Shown here one piece after another: positions 29,030-38,307 of a stretch of DNA of 64,000 bases. The translations under genes and the position numbers were made by a program. The notes beneath the pieces are model-generated. The model worked only from the letters and a program-made list of their open reading frames with translations. It did not search any database and was not told the DNA's origin. The stretch lies in assembly GCA_947505245.1 (NCBI GenBank), contig CANNIZ010000002.1, positions 150,519 through 214,518 of the forward strand. Reading direction: 5' to 3'. Source of the stretch: Pseudomonadota bacterium. Lineage in GTDB: Bacteria; Myxococcota_A; UBA796; GCA-2862545. The first letter of the stretch is position 1. Each line of letters opens with the position of its first letter.

Positions 29030-29834
29030 ACGTCGCCGTGATCGGGCGGTGATCCGAGTAGTTCGACGCGCGCGCGCCGCGGCAGTAGTCGTCTTCCTGG
29101 CGGAGGATCGCGGAGGAGGCCCCCCAGTCCTTCGCTCCGCCGCCGACGAACGCGAAGTCGAGCACGCTGTCGTAGGTCGCGCTGCACTCCGTGCGCACGA
29201 GTGGATCGGGCGGCCGCACCCACCGGAACACGTCGTTCGCGATCAGGTTGTCGTAGCCCTCGTCGTGGGAGCTGCCGTCCGCCTTCCAGTCGAAGTTGAA
29301 GTCGCCCATCGTCACGATCGGTAGCGTCTGGGCAGCAGCCCACGTGTTCAGCAGGGTGGCCTGCTGGTGCCGCTTCGCATCGTCCGTGCGCCAGAGGTGG
29401 TTCACGACGAACAGGAACTCGACGCCCGAAGCGCGCTCCTGCAGGTGCCCGACGAGCGGCGCGCGCACGGTGCCACCGACGTTGATGTCGTCCAGCGCGG
29501 TGAGCTCGACCAGCGCGAAGCGGGTGTCGTCCCACGCGAGGACCAGCCTGTCTTCGTACCCCGTGGTGCCCATGCGGTACTGAAAGTCCTGCCCGTCGTC
29601 TTCGGCCGCGTCGACGAACAGCCTGGCCGCCGCGTCGTTCTCGACCTCTTCGAACGCGAACAGGCTCTCGCCCGTGATCGGCGCTACCGTGTCTTCCGCC
29701 ACCTTGACGGGATCGGCCCCGCCGGACTCCGCGTTGAGCGACGCGATGGTGAACACCAGCGCCGCGGGGAGGTCGGTCTCTTCGGTGTCGACGGGGACAT
29801 TTCCGGTACAGGCGAGCAGGGCGGTGACGAGCAT
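29013..29834 (-). CDS. endonuclease/exonuclease/phosphatase (EEP) family lipoprotein
   Basis: Lipobox LLACTGN. IVTMGDFNFD and the C-terminal SDHRPITATF are EEP hallmarks. Confidence 0.75.
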   Translation of the reverse strand: MLVTALLACTGNVPVDTEETDLPAALVFTIASLNAESGGADPVKVAEDTVAPITGESLFAFEEVENDAAARLFVDAAEDDGQDFQYRMGTTGYEDRLVLAWDDTRFALVELTALDDINVGGTVRAPLVGHLQERASGVEFLFVVNHLWRTDDAKRHQQATLLNTWAAAQTLPIVTMGDFNFDWKADGSSHDEGYDNLIANDVFRWVRPPDPLVRTECSATYDSVLDFAFVGGGAKDWGASSAILRQEDDYCRGARASNYSDHRPITATFTIPQ

Positions 29835-29852
29835 CCCCGCTTTATACCCGGT

Positions 29853-30569
29853 TCAGCAGCCTTCAGCGTCGGCGATGTCGGCGTCGCCGGTGACGAACAC
29901 GTAGCGCACGTGCGACCAGCTCACGTCGTCCCAGTCGTCGGTGCCGACGAGATCGTTCGAACACAGGTCGCAGCCGATCCACTGCTGCCGGGTGCGCACG
30001 TCGAGCGCCTTGGGGACGCCGTCCTCGTACTCGACCTGCCCGACGGTCTCGGTGTGCAGCACGAGCTCCTCGCCGTGGCCGTTCTCCGTCGAATAGAACA
30101 GGTTCGGGTTGCCTTCCGCGTCGTAGGTGACGAGCCAGTCCGTGTAGCCCGTGTAGGAGCCGCACCCGAACGAGTGCTCGACGACGCCGCCCGCGGCGGC
30201 CACCACGCGACCCGCGGCGTCCGTGCGCACGTGCGCGTTCGACTGCGTGGTGTAGGACGGGTCTTCCTCGTCCAGCGGCGCGGCCGGAATCGTCGCGCGC
30301 GCGGTCGCTACGAACGTCGGGGCGACGGTGAGCGCGTCCCCGAGTCCCCACAACCGGCCCTGAACGGGCGAGAGCGCACCTTGGACGCCGACCGTGTACC
30401 AGCCCGTCGACGCGAGCATCGTCCCGAGCTCGGCGTCGAGGTCGCGGACGTCCTCGCGGAACGCGGCGTGGTCGAAGTCGTCACCGAGGTCGCGATTGTC
30501 GATCTCCAAAGCCTCGACCGTGAACGCTTCCGCACCAAACGCGACACCGACCAGCATCATCGAGACCAT
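29853..30569 (-). CDS. hypothetical secreted protein
   Basis: Start at MVSMMLVGVAFGAEA (signal peptide). No family recognised. Confidence 0.45.
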   Translation of the reverse strand: MVSMMLVGVAFGAEAFTVEALEIDNRDLGDDFDHAAFREDVRDLDAELGTMLASTGWYTVGVQGALSPVQGRLWGLGDALTVAPTFVATARATIPAAPLDEEDPSYTTQSNAHVRTDAAGRVVAAAGGVVEHSFGCGSYTGYTDWLVTYDAEGNPNLFYSTENGHGEELVLHTETVGQVEYEDGVPKALDVRTRQQWIGCDLCSNDLVGTDDWDDVSWSHVRYVFVTGDADIADAEGC

Positions 30570-30658
30570 CGGACCCTCCTGCGGGGAGGTCAATGCACGG
30601 CGCGTGCCAGCCCCAGCCGGCGGAAGCTGTGGTCACCGCGATGATTCGTAGATTCCAT

Positions 30659-31246
30659 CTACCCGACGGTGGACACCGGCTGCCGGACCTCTTCAAATCC
30701 GGCGCCGAAACGACCCTCCCGAACGTCGGACTGCGGGATCGACCGCTCGAGCGTCCACGACCGCCCGTCGTCTGCGGTGATCGCCACGACGAACGCGCCG
30801 CCCTTCCCGACGCGCCGCCCGCTGTCCACCGCGACCACCGTCCACGCGCCGACCCGGGGTCCGGGAGCTGCGAGCACGTCAAGGACGACGACCGTGCCGT
30901 CGTCTCCACGCCAGTGGATGGCGGCCGTGCCGCTGCGCGCGTACCGCCCGAGGCCGAGCCGGACCCGGAACCAGTACGCAGGCCGACCGTCGAGCGCGCC
31001 CCGCGCCCCGATCCCGCCGATCTCGAGCGGCAGCCCGCGGAGGCGCGACCGGACGCGCCACACGCCGCCCACGCTGGCGACGGCCACCACGGAGATGATC
31101 ACGGCGCCGATCGCCGCCGATCCGTCGAGCGCCACCGCGAGGGCGAGGGGCACCCCCACGGTCACCAGCGACGCCAGGCCGAGGATCCGCGTCGGAACTC
31201 GCTCAACGGCGACGAGTACGCCATCGGTCTGTTGCGCGGGAATCAT
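30659..31246 (-). CDS. hypothetical membrane protein with two N-terminal TM helices, possibly followed by a bPH-like domain
   Basis: Start at MIPAQQTD (ATG 31246). ILGLASLVTVGVPLALAVAL and AIGAVIISVVAVASVGGVW are TM helices. The track ORF upstream of 31246 overlaps the divergent SPFH gene and was rejected. Confidence 0.45.
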   Translation of the reverse strand: MIPAQQTDGVLVAVERVPTRILGLASLVTVGVPLALAVALDGSAAIGAVIISVVAVASVGGVWRVRSRLRGLPLEIGGIGARGALDGRPAYWFRVRLGLGRYARSGTAAIHWRGDDGTVVVLDVLAAPGPRVGAWTVVAVDSGRRVGKGGAFVVAITADDGRSWTLERSIPQSDVREGRFGAGFEEVRQPVSTVG

Positions 31247-31313
31247 TGAAGTAGTCTCACGCCGTCTGACGTAACGATCGCGGGTGGCTGCGCCACTCGT
31301 CGGGAGGGTTGAC

Positions 31314-32687
31314 ATGAGCTTCTGGAACACGCTGAAGCAGCACGCTGGGGCCCAGCTGCTGGACGTCCTCGAGTGGCTGGACGACACGAACAACACGCTC
31401 GTGTACCGCTTCCCGATCTTCAACCAGGCCATCACGGACAAGAGCAAGCTCGTCGTGCGCGAAGGTCAGGCCGCCGTGTTCATCTCGGAAGGCCAGCTTT
31501 CCGACGTGTTCGGTCCGGGCACCTACACGCTCGACACCCGCAACGCGCCGGTGGCCGCGTTCTTCAAGAGCATCGCGTACGGGCTGAACAACCCGTACAA
31601 GGGCGACGTCTACTTCGTCTCCACGCGGCAGTTCACGGACAACAAGTGGGGCACCGCGAACCCGTTCATGCTTCGCGACGCCGAATTCGGCCCCGTCCGC
31701 ATCCGCGCGTTCGGCATCTACACGTACCGCATCACCGATCCAGGCCGCTTCCTGAAGCAGGTCGTCGGCACGGACGGCCTGTTCACCACGGAAGAGATCA
31801 ACGGCCAGCTCAAGCGCAAGCTCGTCAGCCTCGTCGCTGAAGCCATCGGGCAGAGCAAGCTCGCCGTGCTGGACATCGCGAGCAACTACGGCAGCCTGGG
31901 CGACACGATCCGCGAGAAGGTGAACCCGACGTTCAAGGACTCCTACGGTCTCACGCTCACGGACCTCACGATCGAGAACGTGAGCCTGCCGGAAGAGGTC
32001 GAGAAGGCGCTCGACACGCGCACGAAGATGGGCGTGTTGGGCAACCTGGACGCCTACACCAAGCTCAACGCCGCCGAAGCGATCAAGACCGCCGCGGCAA
32101 ACCCGGGCATGGGCGGCGCGATGATGGGCGCAGGGGTGGGCCTCGGCATGGGCCAGATGATGGGCCAGCAGATGGGCGGCGCAATGAACATGGGCGGCCA
32201 GTTCAACCCGCAGCAGGGCATGGCTCCGGGCGGCCCGCCGCCGCCGCTCCCGGGCGGCCCGCGGTACCACTACAACGGCCCCGGCGGTCAGGGCGAGTTC
32301 AGCCTGCAGGACGTGGTCGCGCGCGTCGCGCAGAACCGCAACGCGGACCATCAGATCTGGGCGCAGGGCTGGCCCGGCTGGAAGCCGTACACGCAGGTGC
32401 CCGAGATCATGGGCATGTTGCCCCCACCTCCGATGGCCGCGCCCCCGCCGATGGCGGCCGCGAGCGTGTTCCACTACAGCGGCCCCGCCGGAGATGGCCA
32501 GAAGCCGCTCGCGGACGTGGTCGCCGCGGTGCGCGCAGCCCCCGGCGCCGATCACTTCATCTGGAAGGACGGCATGGACGGCTGGAAGAACGCGAAGGAG
32601 GTCGCGGAGGTCGCCCAGGCGCTCAGCGCAGGCCCCCCGGGACCGCCGCCCCGTCCGGGTGGGCCTCCAGGACCGCCTCCTCGTTAG
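31314..32687 (+). CDS. SPFH/Band-7 domain protein (COG4260 type) with a C-terminal Gly/Met/Pro-rich linker and two DUF4339-like repeats
   Basis: WLDDTNNTLVYRFPIFNQAITDKSKLVVREGQAAVFISEGQLSDVFGPGTYTLDTRN...VYFVSTRQF is the COG4260 SPFH family. The C-terminus carries two repeats: YHYNGPGGQGEFSLQDVVARVAQNRNADHQIWAQGWPGWKPYTQVPEI and FHYSGPAGDGQKPLADVVAAVRAAPGADHFIWKDGMDGWKNAKEVAEV. Confidence 0.8.
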   Translation: MSFWNTLKQHAGAQLLDVLEWLDDTNNTLVYRFPIFNQAITDKSKLVVREGQAAVFISEGQLSDVFGPGTYTLDTRNAPVAAFFKSIAYGLNNPYKGDVYFVSTRQFTDNKWGTANPFMLRDAEFGPVRIRAFGIYTYRITDPGRFLKQVVGTDGLFTTEEINGQLKRKLVSLVAEAIGQSKLAVLDIASNYGSLGDTIREKVNPTFKDSYGLTLTDLTIENVSLPEEVEKALDTRTKMGVLGNLDAYTKLNAAEAIKTAAANPGMGGAMMGAGVGLGMGQMMGQQMGGAMNMGGQFNPQQGMAPGGPPPPLPGGPRYHYNGPGGQGEFSLQDVVARVAQNRNADHQIWAQGWPGWKPYTQVPEIMGMLPPPPMAAPPPMAAASVFHYSGPAGDGQKPLADVVAAVRAAPGADHFIWKDGMDGWKNAKEVAEVAQALSAGPPGPPPRPGGPPGPPPR

Positions 32688-33531
32688 TCGAAGACGGGAC
32701 TGGCGCCGACTCGTCAGGTTCGAGAGCCGGTTCCCGGGAGCGCTCATAGCTCCCGAGGAGCCGGCTGATCACCGTCGGGCCGAGGCCGTACAGCAAGGCG
32801 AGCGTGCCCCAGAGGCACGCCTCGTACGCGTCCGTCGCGCCTCCGCCACCGTAGCCGTACGTGTACGAGCTGTGGATCGTGTCGTAGCGCACGAGCGTCC
32901 AGGTCTCCGCGTGCGCGAGGCCGATCAAGGCGCCAGCGACCGCGGTGCGGAGCAGGTTGCGCGGATGGACCCGCTCGGCGTCGCGGTCCAGTCGCAGCAG
33001 GGCGACGAGGGGCAGGCCGAGCACCCAGGGCGAAGCTGCAAGAGAGAACACGAACAGCTCTTCCGGGCCGAAAGCGTCCATCTCGTACCGCGCGTGGTTC
33101 CACTTCCACGCGTACAGCAGCGTCGCTGACGAAAGGCCCGTACAGGCGCCGACGAGCGCCCAGAACGGGCTGCGCGGGAACGGCTCGCCGAGCCAGCGCA
33201 GCAGCGGGAGCCCGAGCGCTCCGACGGCGATCGGCCCGAGGATCACACGCCCCCACCAGCCATTCCACGCGTCAACATAGAGGAAATTTGCCCACAACAC
33301 CGTTAGCGACGCCGACACGATCAATACCAGGAACCCGTCGCCCCACGGGTGCTCGCGCTGGCGGTACGCGCGCCCGACCAGCTGATCGGCGCTGGACACC
33401 CCGAGGCCCGTGAGCGAGCCGACGAGACCGATCCACGCGCCATCGAACGACCGCAGCTCGCCCAAAAACAGCGGGAGCAGCGACCCGATCAACAGGGCGA
33501 CGGCGATCCAGAACGCGCGGCGGTGGCTCAC
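32623..33531 (-). CDS. hypothetical polytopic membrane protein
   Basis: 302 aa with about eight predicted TM helices. The 3' end overlaps the SPFH gene by ~65 nt (convergent), so either end may be mis-set. Confidence 0.45.
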   Translation of the reverse strand: MSHRRAFWIAVALLIGSLLPLFLGELRSFDGAWIGLVGSLTGLGVSSADQLVGRAYRQREHPWGDGFLVLIVSASLTVLWANFLYVDAWNGWWGRVILGPIAVGALGLPLLRWLGEPFPRSPFWALVGACTGLSSATLLYAWKWNHARYEMDAFGPEELFVFSLAASPWVLGLPLVALLRLDRDAERVHPRNLLRTAVAGALIGLAHAETWTLVRYDTIHSSYTYGYGGGGATDAYEACLWGTLALLYGLGPTVISRLLGSYERSREPALEPDESAPVPSSTNEEAVLEAHPDGAAVPGGLR

Positions 33532-33561
33532 GAAGACTCCGCGCCAGGGTTATCCTGCGCC

Positions 33562-35184
33562 ATGCCGAACCCCAACGACGCCCGCAGTTCCTTCCAAGCC
33601 TACAACGACGCGCTGCGCGCCAACGCGTACCTCGCCGATTCGCACCTGAAGGCGATCGTCGCGCGTCACGTGCCCAGCGCCGATGCCACGCTCACCGCGT
33701 TCGGCGCCGTCGTGAGCGGCGAGCTGGACGCGCTGGTCCGCGAGTCCAACAAGGACGACAACCTCCCGCGCCTCGCGCGCTGGGACGGAATCGGGAAGCG
33801 CACGGAAGACGTCGCGTTTCACCCGACGTACCACGCGGTCGGTCGGCTCGCATACGCGACGGGCGCGATGGGTCGGTACGCGACCCCTGGGAACGAGCTC
33901 GCGACGCTGGCGTTCACGTACCTGCTCGCCCAGGACGGCGAGAGCGGCCACGCCTGCCCGTTCGCGTGTACGGCCGGGCTGATCAAGATCGTTCAGCAGG
34001 CGGCGCCCGGCTCGCCGCATCGGGCAAGGTTCGAGGGCTGGCTCGCGCGGCTGTACGACGCGAACTACGACACGCACGCGCACGGCGCCCAGTTCCTCAC
34101 CGAGATTCAAGGCGGCTCCGACGTCGGTTCGAACGTGCTCGTCGCGAAGGAGGACGCCGACGGTTGGACGTTGCACGGCGAGAAGTGGTTCTGCTCGGTC
34201 GCCGACGCGCACCTGTTCCTCGTCACCGCCCGCCCCGAGGGCTCGGCGGACGGCACCCGCGGCGTGCGCGCGTTCGTCGTGCCCCGCAAGCTCGACAACG
34301 GCGACGCGAACGCGTTCCAGCTCCGGCGGCTGAAGTACAAGCTCGGAACGCGGTCCATGGCGTCTTCGGAGATCGACTTCCTCGGCGCCCGCGCGTACCC
34401 CGTCGGCGACTTCAAGGACGTGGTGGAGGTCGTGCTCAACACGTCGCGCTTGTACAACGCGATCTGCAGCGCGGGCATGATGCAGCGCGCGTACCGCGAG
34501 GCCCACAGCTACGCCGCGAACCGCGCCGCGTTCGGCTCTCCGATCCTCGCGTTTCCAGCCGTCGCCCAGGTCGTCGCGCGGCTCCGGACCGAGGCGTCCG
34601 CCGCCCGCGCGTCCACGTTCGCCCTCGCCGCCCTGCGCGACAGGCTCGCCGTCACCCCGAACGAGCGCGACCACCAGGCGTTTCGCATGCTCGTGAACCT
34701 GAACAAGTACTGGACCGCGCACGCAGGCACCACGGTCGTGCGCGACGCGATCGAGGTGCTCGGCGGGAACGGCACCATCGAGGAGTTCACCGTCTTGCCG
34801 CGCCTGCTCCGCGACAGCATCGTGTGTGAGGCCTGGGAGGGCGGTCACAACGTGCTCTGCGCCCAGACGCTACGCGACAGCCAACGCCTGGGGCTGCACG
34901 AGCCGATGTTCACCTGGCTACGGCAGATGTGGGGTGAGGACGCCGGGCTCGACGCGGTCGAGGCGCGCTGGCGGCGGTTGCTGACGCTCGCTCCCGCCCG
35001 CGCGGCGGCAGCGGTCCGTTCGGTGGCGGACGAGCTGCGGCCGGTGGTCCAGGCGATGGCGCTGCGCGCGGACGGTCAGCTGCTCGAAGCCGAGCACCTG
35101 CTCGCGCTGCACGACAGGACGCGGGATCCCCTCAACGACGAGGCATTCGACGCCCGCGTCTGCCTGCTGACTACGCTCGGCTGA
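33562..35184 (+). CDS. acyl-CoA dehydrogenase family protein (AidB-like)
   Basis: Start at MPNPNDAR. FLTEIQGGSDVGSNV...GEKWFCSV...RAFVVPRK and the C-terminal ACAD helices match the AidB/ACAD fold. Confidence 0.75.
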   Translation: MPNPNDARSSFQAYNDALRANAYLADSHLKAIVARHVPSADATLTAFGAVVSGELDALVRESNKDDNLPRLARWDGIGKRTEDVAFHPTYHAVGRLAYATGAMGRYATPGNELATLAFTYLLAQDGESGHACPFACTAGLIKIVQQAAPGSPHRARFEGWLARLYDANYDTHAHGAQFLTEIQGGSDVGSNVLVAKEDADGWTLHGEKWFCSVADAHLFLVTARPEGSADGTRGVRAFVVPRKLDNGDANAFQLRRLKYKLGTRSMASSEIDFLGARAYPVGDFKDVVEVVLNTSRLYNAICSAGMMQRAYREAHSYAANRAAFGSPILAFPAVAQVVARLRTEASAARASTFALAALRDRLAVTPNERDHQAFRMLVNLNKYWTAHAGTTVVRDAIEVLGGNGTIEEFTVLPRLLRDSIVCEAWEGGHNVLCAQTLRDSQRLGLHEPMFTWLRQMWGEDAGLDAVEARWRRLLTLAPARAAAAVRSVADELRPVVQAMALRADGQLLEAEHLLALHDRTRDPLNDEAFDARVCLLTTLG

Positions 35185-35204
35185 CGCCGGGCGCGTCGTC
35201 CCGT

Positions 35205-35666
35205 CTAGCCTTCGCCGACCGGCGCCGTCGGAAGCGTCGTGGACGCCTCGGACGTGAACACCTGGCCGTTGGGCAGCGAGAATTCCAGCGTGTACACGCC
35301 GGACTTCACGTCGTGCAGCACGCCCTCGCGGAACGGCCCGAGCCGACCGACGATCTCGCCGTTGACCTTCACGTCGGCCCAGGCCGACGTCGGGTTCGCG
35401 ATGGCGAGGTCGCCCACCGCGGGGACACCGCCCGCCGGCGCCTTGGCGGGCTTCAAGCCGTCCAGGTACGCCTCGGGAACATACAGCTTGCGGAAGCCCT
35501 CGAGCCGCCCCTCGGTCAGGCCGGAACCGTTCAGGTACGGGTCCTTCGCGAGCGTGGTGCCCTTGTCCGTAAACATGGGCGTGCGATCTTTTGCGAACGC
35601 GTCGGACGCGAACACAAACGCGCCTGCGAGAAACAGCGGAAGGAGAATGCGGGGCATCATGATCAC
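35205..35666 (-). CDS. hypothetical secreted protein
   Basis: Signal peptide MIMMPRILLPLFLAGAFVFASDAFA. 153 aa. No family recognised. Confidence 0.5.
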   Translation of the reverse strand: MIMMPRILLPLFLAGAFVFASDAFAKDRTPMFTDKGTTLAKDPYLNGSGLTEGRLEGFRKLYVPEAYLDGLKPAKAPAGGVPAVGDLAIANPTSAWADVKVNGEIVGRLGPFREGVLHDVKSGVYTLEFSLPNGQVFTSEASTTLPTAPVGEG

Positions 35667-35726
35667 AGGGTGTTCCGGGGGCCGTCTTTTGTCAACCAGC
35701 GCGCAAGTCCAGGGCCGGTGACGGGG

Positions 35727-36593
35727 CTAGAAACCACTCGCCGTGGCGAGATCCTTCGAGATGATGACCTCTTGTGTGGCGTCGTCCACTGTGACTTCCT
35801 TGATGAGGCCGATGCCTTCGGCGTAGTAAACGTCCTGCTGGGCCGTCACGGCCGTGAACCCATTGTCGATCAGGTCCTGGCTGGGCGTCTGCGTGTACAC
35901 GTTGTGAATCCACAACACGTCGTTCCACTTGCCGGCGTTGGCGCCCGTGCCGCACGAAGCCGAGGACGGGCAGGGCATGCCGACATCCACGTTGTCTTCG
36001 AAGCCGTAGTTCGTGTAGTCGCCGACCGTCGCGATCGCGAGGGTTCCCGCGCCGGAGTCCGAGGAAGTGATGTCGTACGAATACGAGTAGTGCCACGTCG
36101 CGTTCACGTCGGAGATGGCCGAAGGCGCGGGCAGGAACTTGCGGTGCGGGTTGTCCGTCGCGGTGACGGCGTGGTCTACCCCATCGCTTGGCGTGGTGAA
36201 CGTGCCCTCGAAGCGGTCGACGTAGGCGCCGCCCGAGTCGCAGTCGAAGAAGCTGTTGCCATCCCAACCGCCGCCGCCACTCGCGGACAGCGTCGTCTTC
36301 ACGGCGAAGCTGTTGCCAAAGCTCCCGAACCCCTTCTGATCTTCCGTGCCCGCCGAACCCTTGTAGTTCACGGTGAAGTGCTTCTGCCAGTTCGCGTACG
36401 AGATCGGCTCGTAGGGGTGGCAGTTCGGGTCGCCGTCCGCGTCGGTGTCTGCGTCGGTGTCTGAGTCCGTGTCGGAATCGGTGTCCGCGTCGGTGTCCGC
36501 GTCGGAATCACCCGTCTCGGCAGTGTCCAGCGGCTCATAGATCTGCCGCGTACAACCAGCGAACAACAACACCGAAATGGACAGGAAACGCAT
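35727..36593 (-). CDS. hypothetical lipoprotein with an Asp/Thr-repeat linker
   Basis: Start at MRFLSISVLLFAGCTRQ (lipobox). Low-complexity DSDADTDADTDSDTDSDTDADTDADGD follows. The track ORF upstream of 36593 is antisense to hutI. Confidence 0.55.
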   Translation of the reverse strand: MRFLSISVLLFAGCTRQIYEPLDTAETGDSDADTDADTDSDTDSDTDADTDADGDPNCHPYEPISYANWQKHFTVNYKGSAGTEDQKGFGSFGNSFAVKTTLSASGGGGWDGNSFFDCDSGGAYVDRFEGTFTTPSDGVDHAVTATDNPHRKFLPAPSAISDVNATWHYSYSYDITSSDSGAGTLAIATVGDYTNYGFEDNVDVGMPCPSSASCGTGANAGKWNDVLWIHNVYTQTPSQDLIDNGFTAVTAQQDVYYAEGIGLIKEVTVDDATQEVIISKDLATASGF

Positions 36594-36657
36594 ACGAGCT
36601 CCGCGTCTGAGTCGCAGAGAGATAGCATGTGGCCTCGACCACCGGCAAGGAGAATCC

Positions 36658-37869
36658 GTGCACGCCGACCTGCTCGTGGCGAATTCGCCGCTGATCCTCA
36701 CGATGAACCAACGCGATGGCGACACGCTCGGGCCCCTCCGGGGTGGCGCGATCGCGGTGACGAAGGGGCGCATCTCCTGGGTGGGCGACGCAGCGGACGC
36801 TCCCCCTGCGAGCGAGGTCATCGACGCGAGCGGCACCGTCGTCGTCCCCGCCCTGGTCGACTGCCACACGCACACGGTCTGGGCCGGGTCGCGCGCATCC
36901 GAGTTCGAACGCCGGCTTACTGGGGAGTCGTATACAGCGATCCTCGAGGAAGGCGGCGGCATCCTGTCGACCGTACGCGCGACACGCGCCGCCGACGAAG
37001 CCACGCTCACCTCGACCGCTGCGCACAGGCTCGCCGCGATGCGCGCGCGCGGGGTGCTCACCGTCGAGATCAAGAGCGGGTACGGGCTGGACGTGGAGAC
37101 CGAGGTACGGATGCTGAGGGCCGCGCTCGCGGCCGGACGTAGCGCCGACGTCGACGTGATCGCCACGTTCCTCGGCGCCCACGCGATCCCAGCCGAGCAC
37201 CGCGCGGACCGCGAACGGTATGTGCGCCACGTGATCGACGAGCAGCTCCCCGCGATGAAGGGCCTCGCGACCGCGATCGACGTGTACGTCGACCGCGGCG
37301 CGTTCACGCTCGACGAGGGCCGACGCATCCTGGAAGCCGGCCGCGCGGCGGGGCTCGCCGTGAAGGTGCACGCCGAGCAGGTGGCGTACACGGGCATCGC
37401 CGAGGTGGCGGCGAACCTCGGGGCGCTGTCGTGTGATCACCTCGAGCGCATCGACGGGGCCGGAATTGCCGCGATGGCGCGCGCCGGCACGGTCGCCGTT
37501 TTGGCTCCGGGAGCGATGTTGTACATGCACGACATGGCGCCCCCGATCGCTGCGATGCGCGCCGCCGGCGTCCGGTTCGCGGTCGCGACGGACCTCAACC
37601 CCGGCTCGTCGCCGGTCCACGACCTGTGGACCTGCGCGACGCTCGCGTGCGTGACGATGGGGCTCACGGTGGCCGAGGCGCTGCGCGGGATTACCGTCGA
37701 GGGTGCCCGCGCGCTGGGGCTCGACGATCGCGGCGTGATCGCGGTCGGCAGCCGGGCCGATCTCGTCCTCGTTGAACCGCCTGCGGGCGAGCCGTACGCG
37801 GCTTCATCGCTCGTGCAGCACGTCGGCGGTGCCCGGATCCGGCGCGTGCTGCGCGCGGGCGTTAACTGA
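36658..37869 (+). CDS. hutI: imidazolonepropionase
   Basis: VDCHTHTVWAGSRASEFERRLTGESYTAILEEGGGILSTVRATR...VEIKSGYGLD...DLNPGSSP. GTG start at 36658, preceded by AAGGAG (36648..36653). Confidence 0.9.
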   Translation: MHADLLVANSPLILTMNQRDGDTLGPLRGGAIAVTKGRISWVGDAADAPPASEVIDASGTVVVPALVDCHTHTVWAGSRASEFERRLTGESYTAILEEGGGILSTVRATRAADEATLTSTAAHRLAAMRARGVLTVEIKSGYGLDVETEVRMLRAALAAGRSADVDVIATFLGAHAIPAEHRADRERYVRHVIDEQLPAMKGLATAIDVYVDRGAFTLDEGRRILEAGRAAGLAVKVHAEQVAYTGIAEVAANLGALSCDHLERIDGAGIAAMARAGTVAVLAPGAMLYMHDMAPPIAAMRAAGVRFAVATDLNPGSSPVHDLWTCATLACVTMGLTVAEALRGITVEGARALGLDDRGVIAVGSRADLVLVEPPAGEPYAASSLVQHVGGARIRRVLRAGVN

Positions 37870-37889
37870 CCGGTTCCAGGAGGATTCAC

Positions 37890-38180
37890 ATGGGCGGAAA
37901 CGAGGAAGAAGACGACGACGAAATCGTGTTCCTGACCGGCGAAGACGGTGAAGAGATCGCGTTCCAGGTGCTGGCGGTCGTAGAGGTCGACGGGCAGGAC
38001 TACGCCTTGCTCGTCGAGATCGACGACGACGGCGAGATGCCCGACGAGTTCGACGTACACGTGTTCAAGTACAAGGAAGGCGAAGACGGGCCTGAATTCG
38101 ACGACAACGTCGACGAAGCGACGTTCGAGAAGGTCCGGCAGGCCGCCACCGAGCTGCTCGACGAACCCGAGGCATCGTGA
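37890..38180 (+). CDS. DUF1292-like acidic small protein
   Basis: 96 aa. EIVFLTGEDGEEIAFQVLAVVEVDGQDYALLVEIDDDGE matches the DUF1292 pattern. SD GGAGGA lies upstream. Confidence 0.65.
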   Translation: MGGNEEEDDDEIVFLTGEDGEEIAFQVLAVVEVDGQDYALLVEIDDDGEMPDEFDVHVFKYKEGEDGPEFDDNVDEATFEKVRQAATELLDEPEAS

Positions 38181-38307
38181 CTTCGCTCGCGCAAGCGCTC
38201 GCTGCGCGCGTCGGCGCGCCCGCCGAAGATTCGAAAGGCGGCCCTACGCGTGGCACGCTCCGGAGCCGCAGCAGGGGCGCGGCGCGGGCGCGCCGACACT
38301 TGCCGTA

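Noticed and set aside
32623-32687. 65-nt convergent overlap between the SPFH gene and the eight-TM protein gene
   Set aside because: Reported as a caveat, not a feature. One of the two 3' ends (a Pro-rich tail versus a Gly/Ala-rich tail) may be an over-extension, and I cannot decide which without expression data.
35313-37620. Plus-strand ORF 35313..36464 and minus-strand ORF 36535..37620
   Set aside because: Antisense to the lipoprotein and hutI genes respectively, and low-complexity.
38181-38307. Possible trp attenuator or leader upstream of trpE
   Set aside because: No short ORF with tandem Trp codons and no U-rich terminator. GC-rich hairpins only, so a classical attenuator is not supported.
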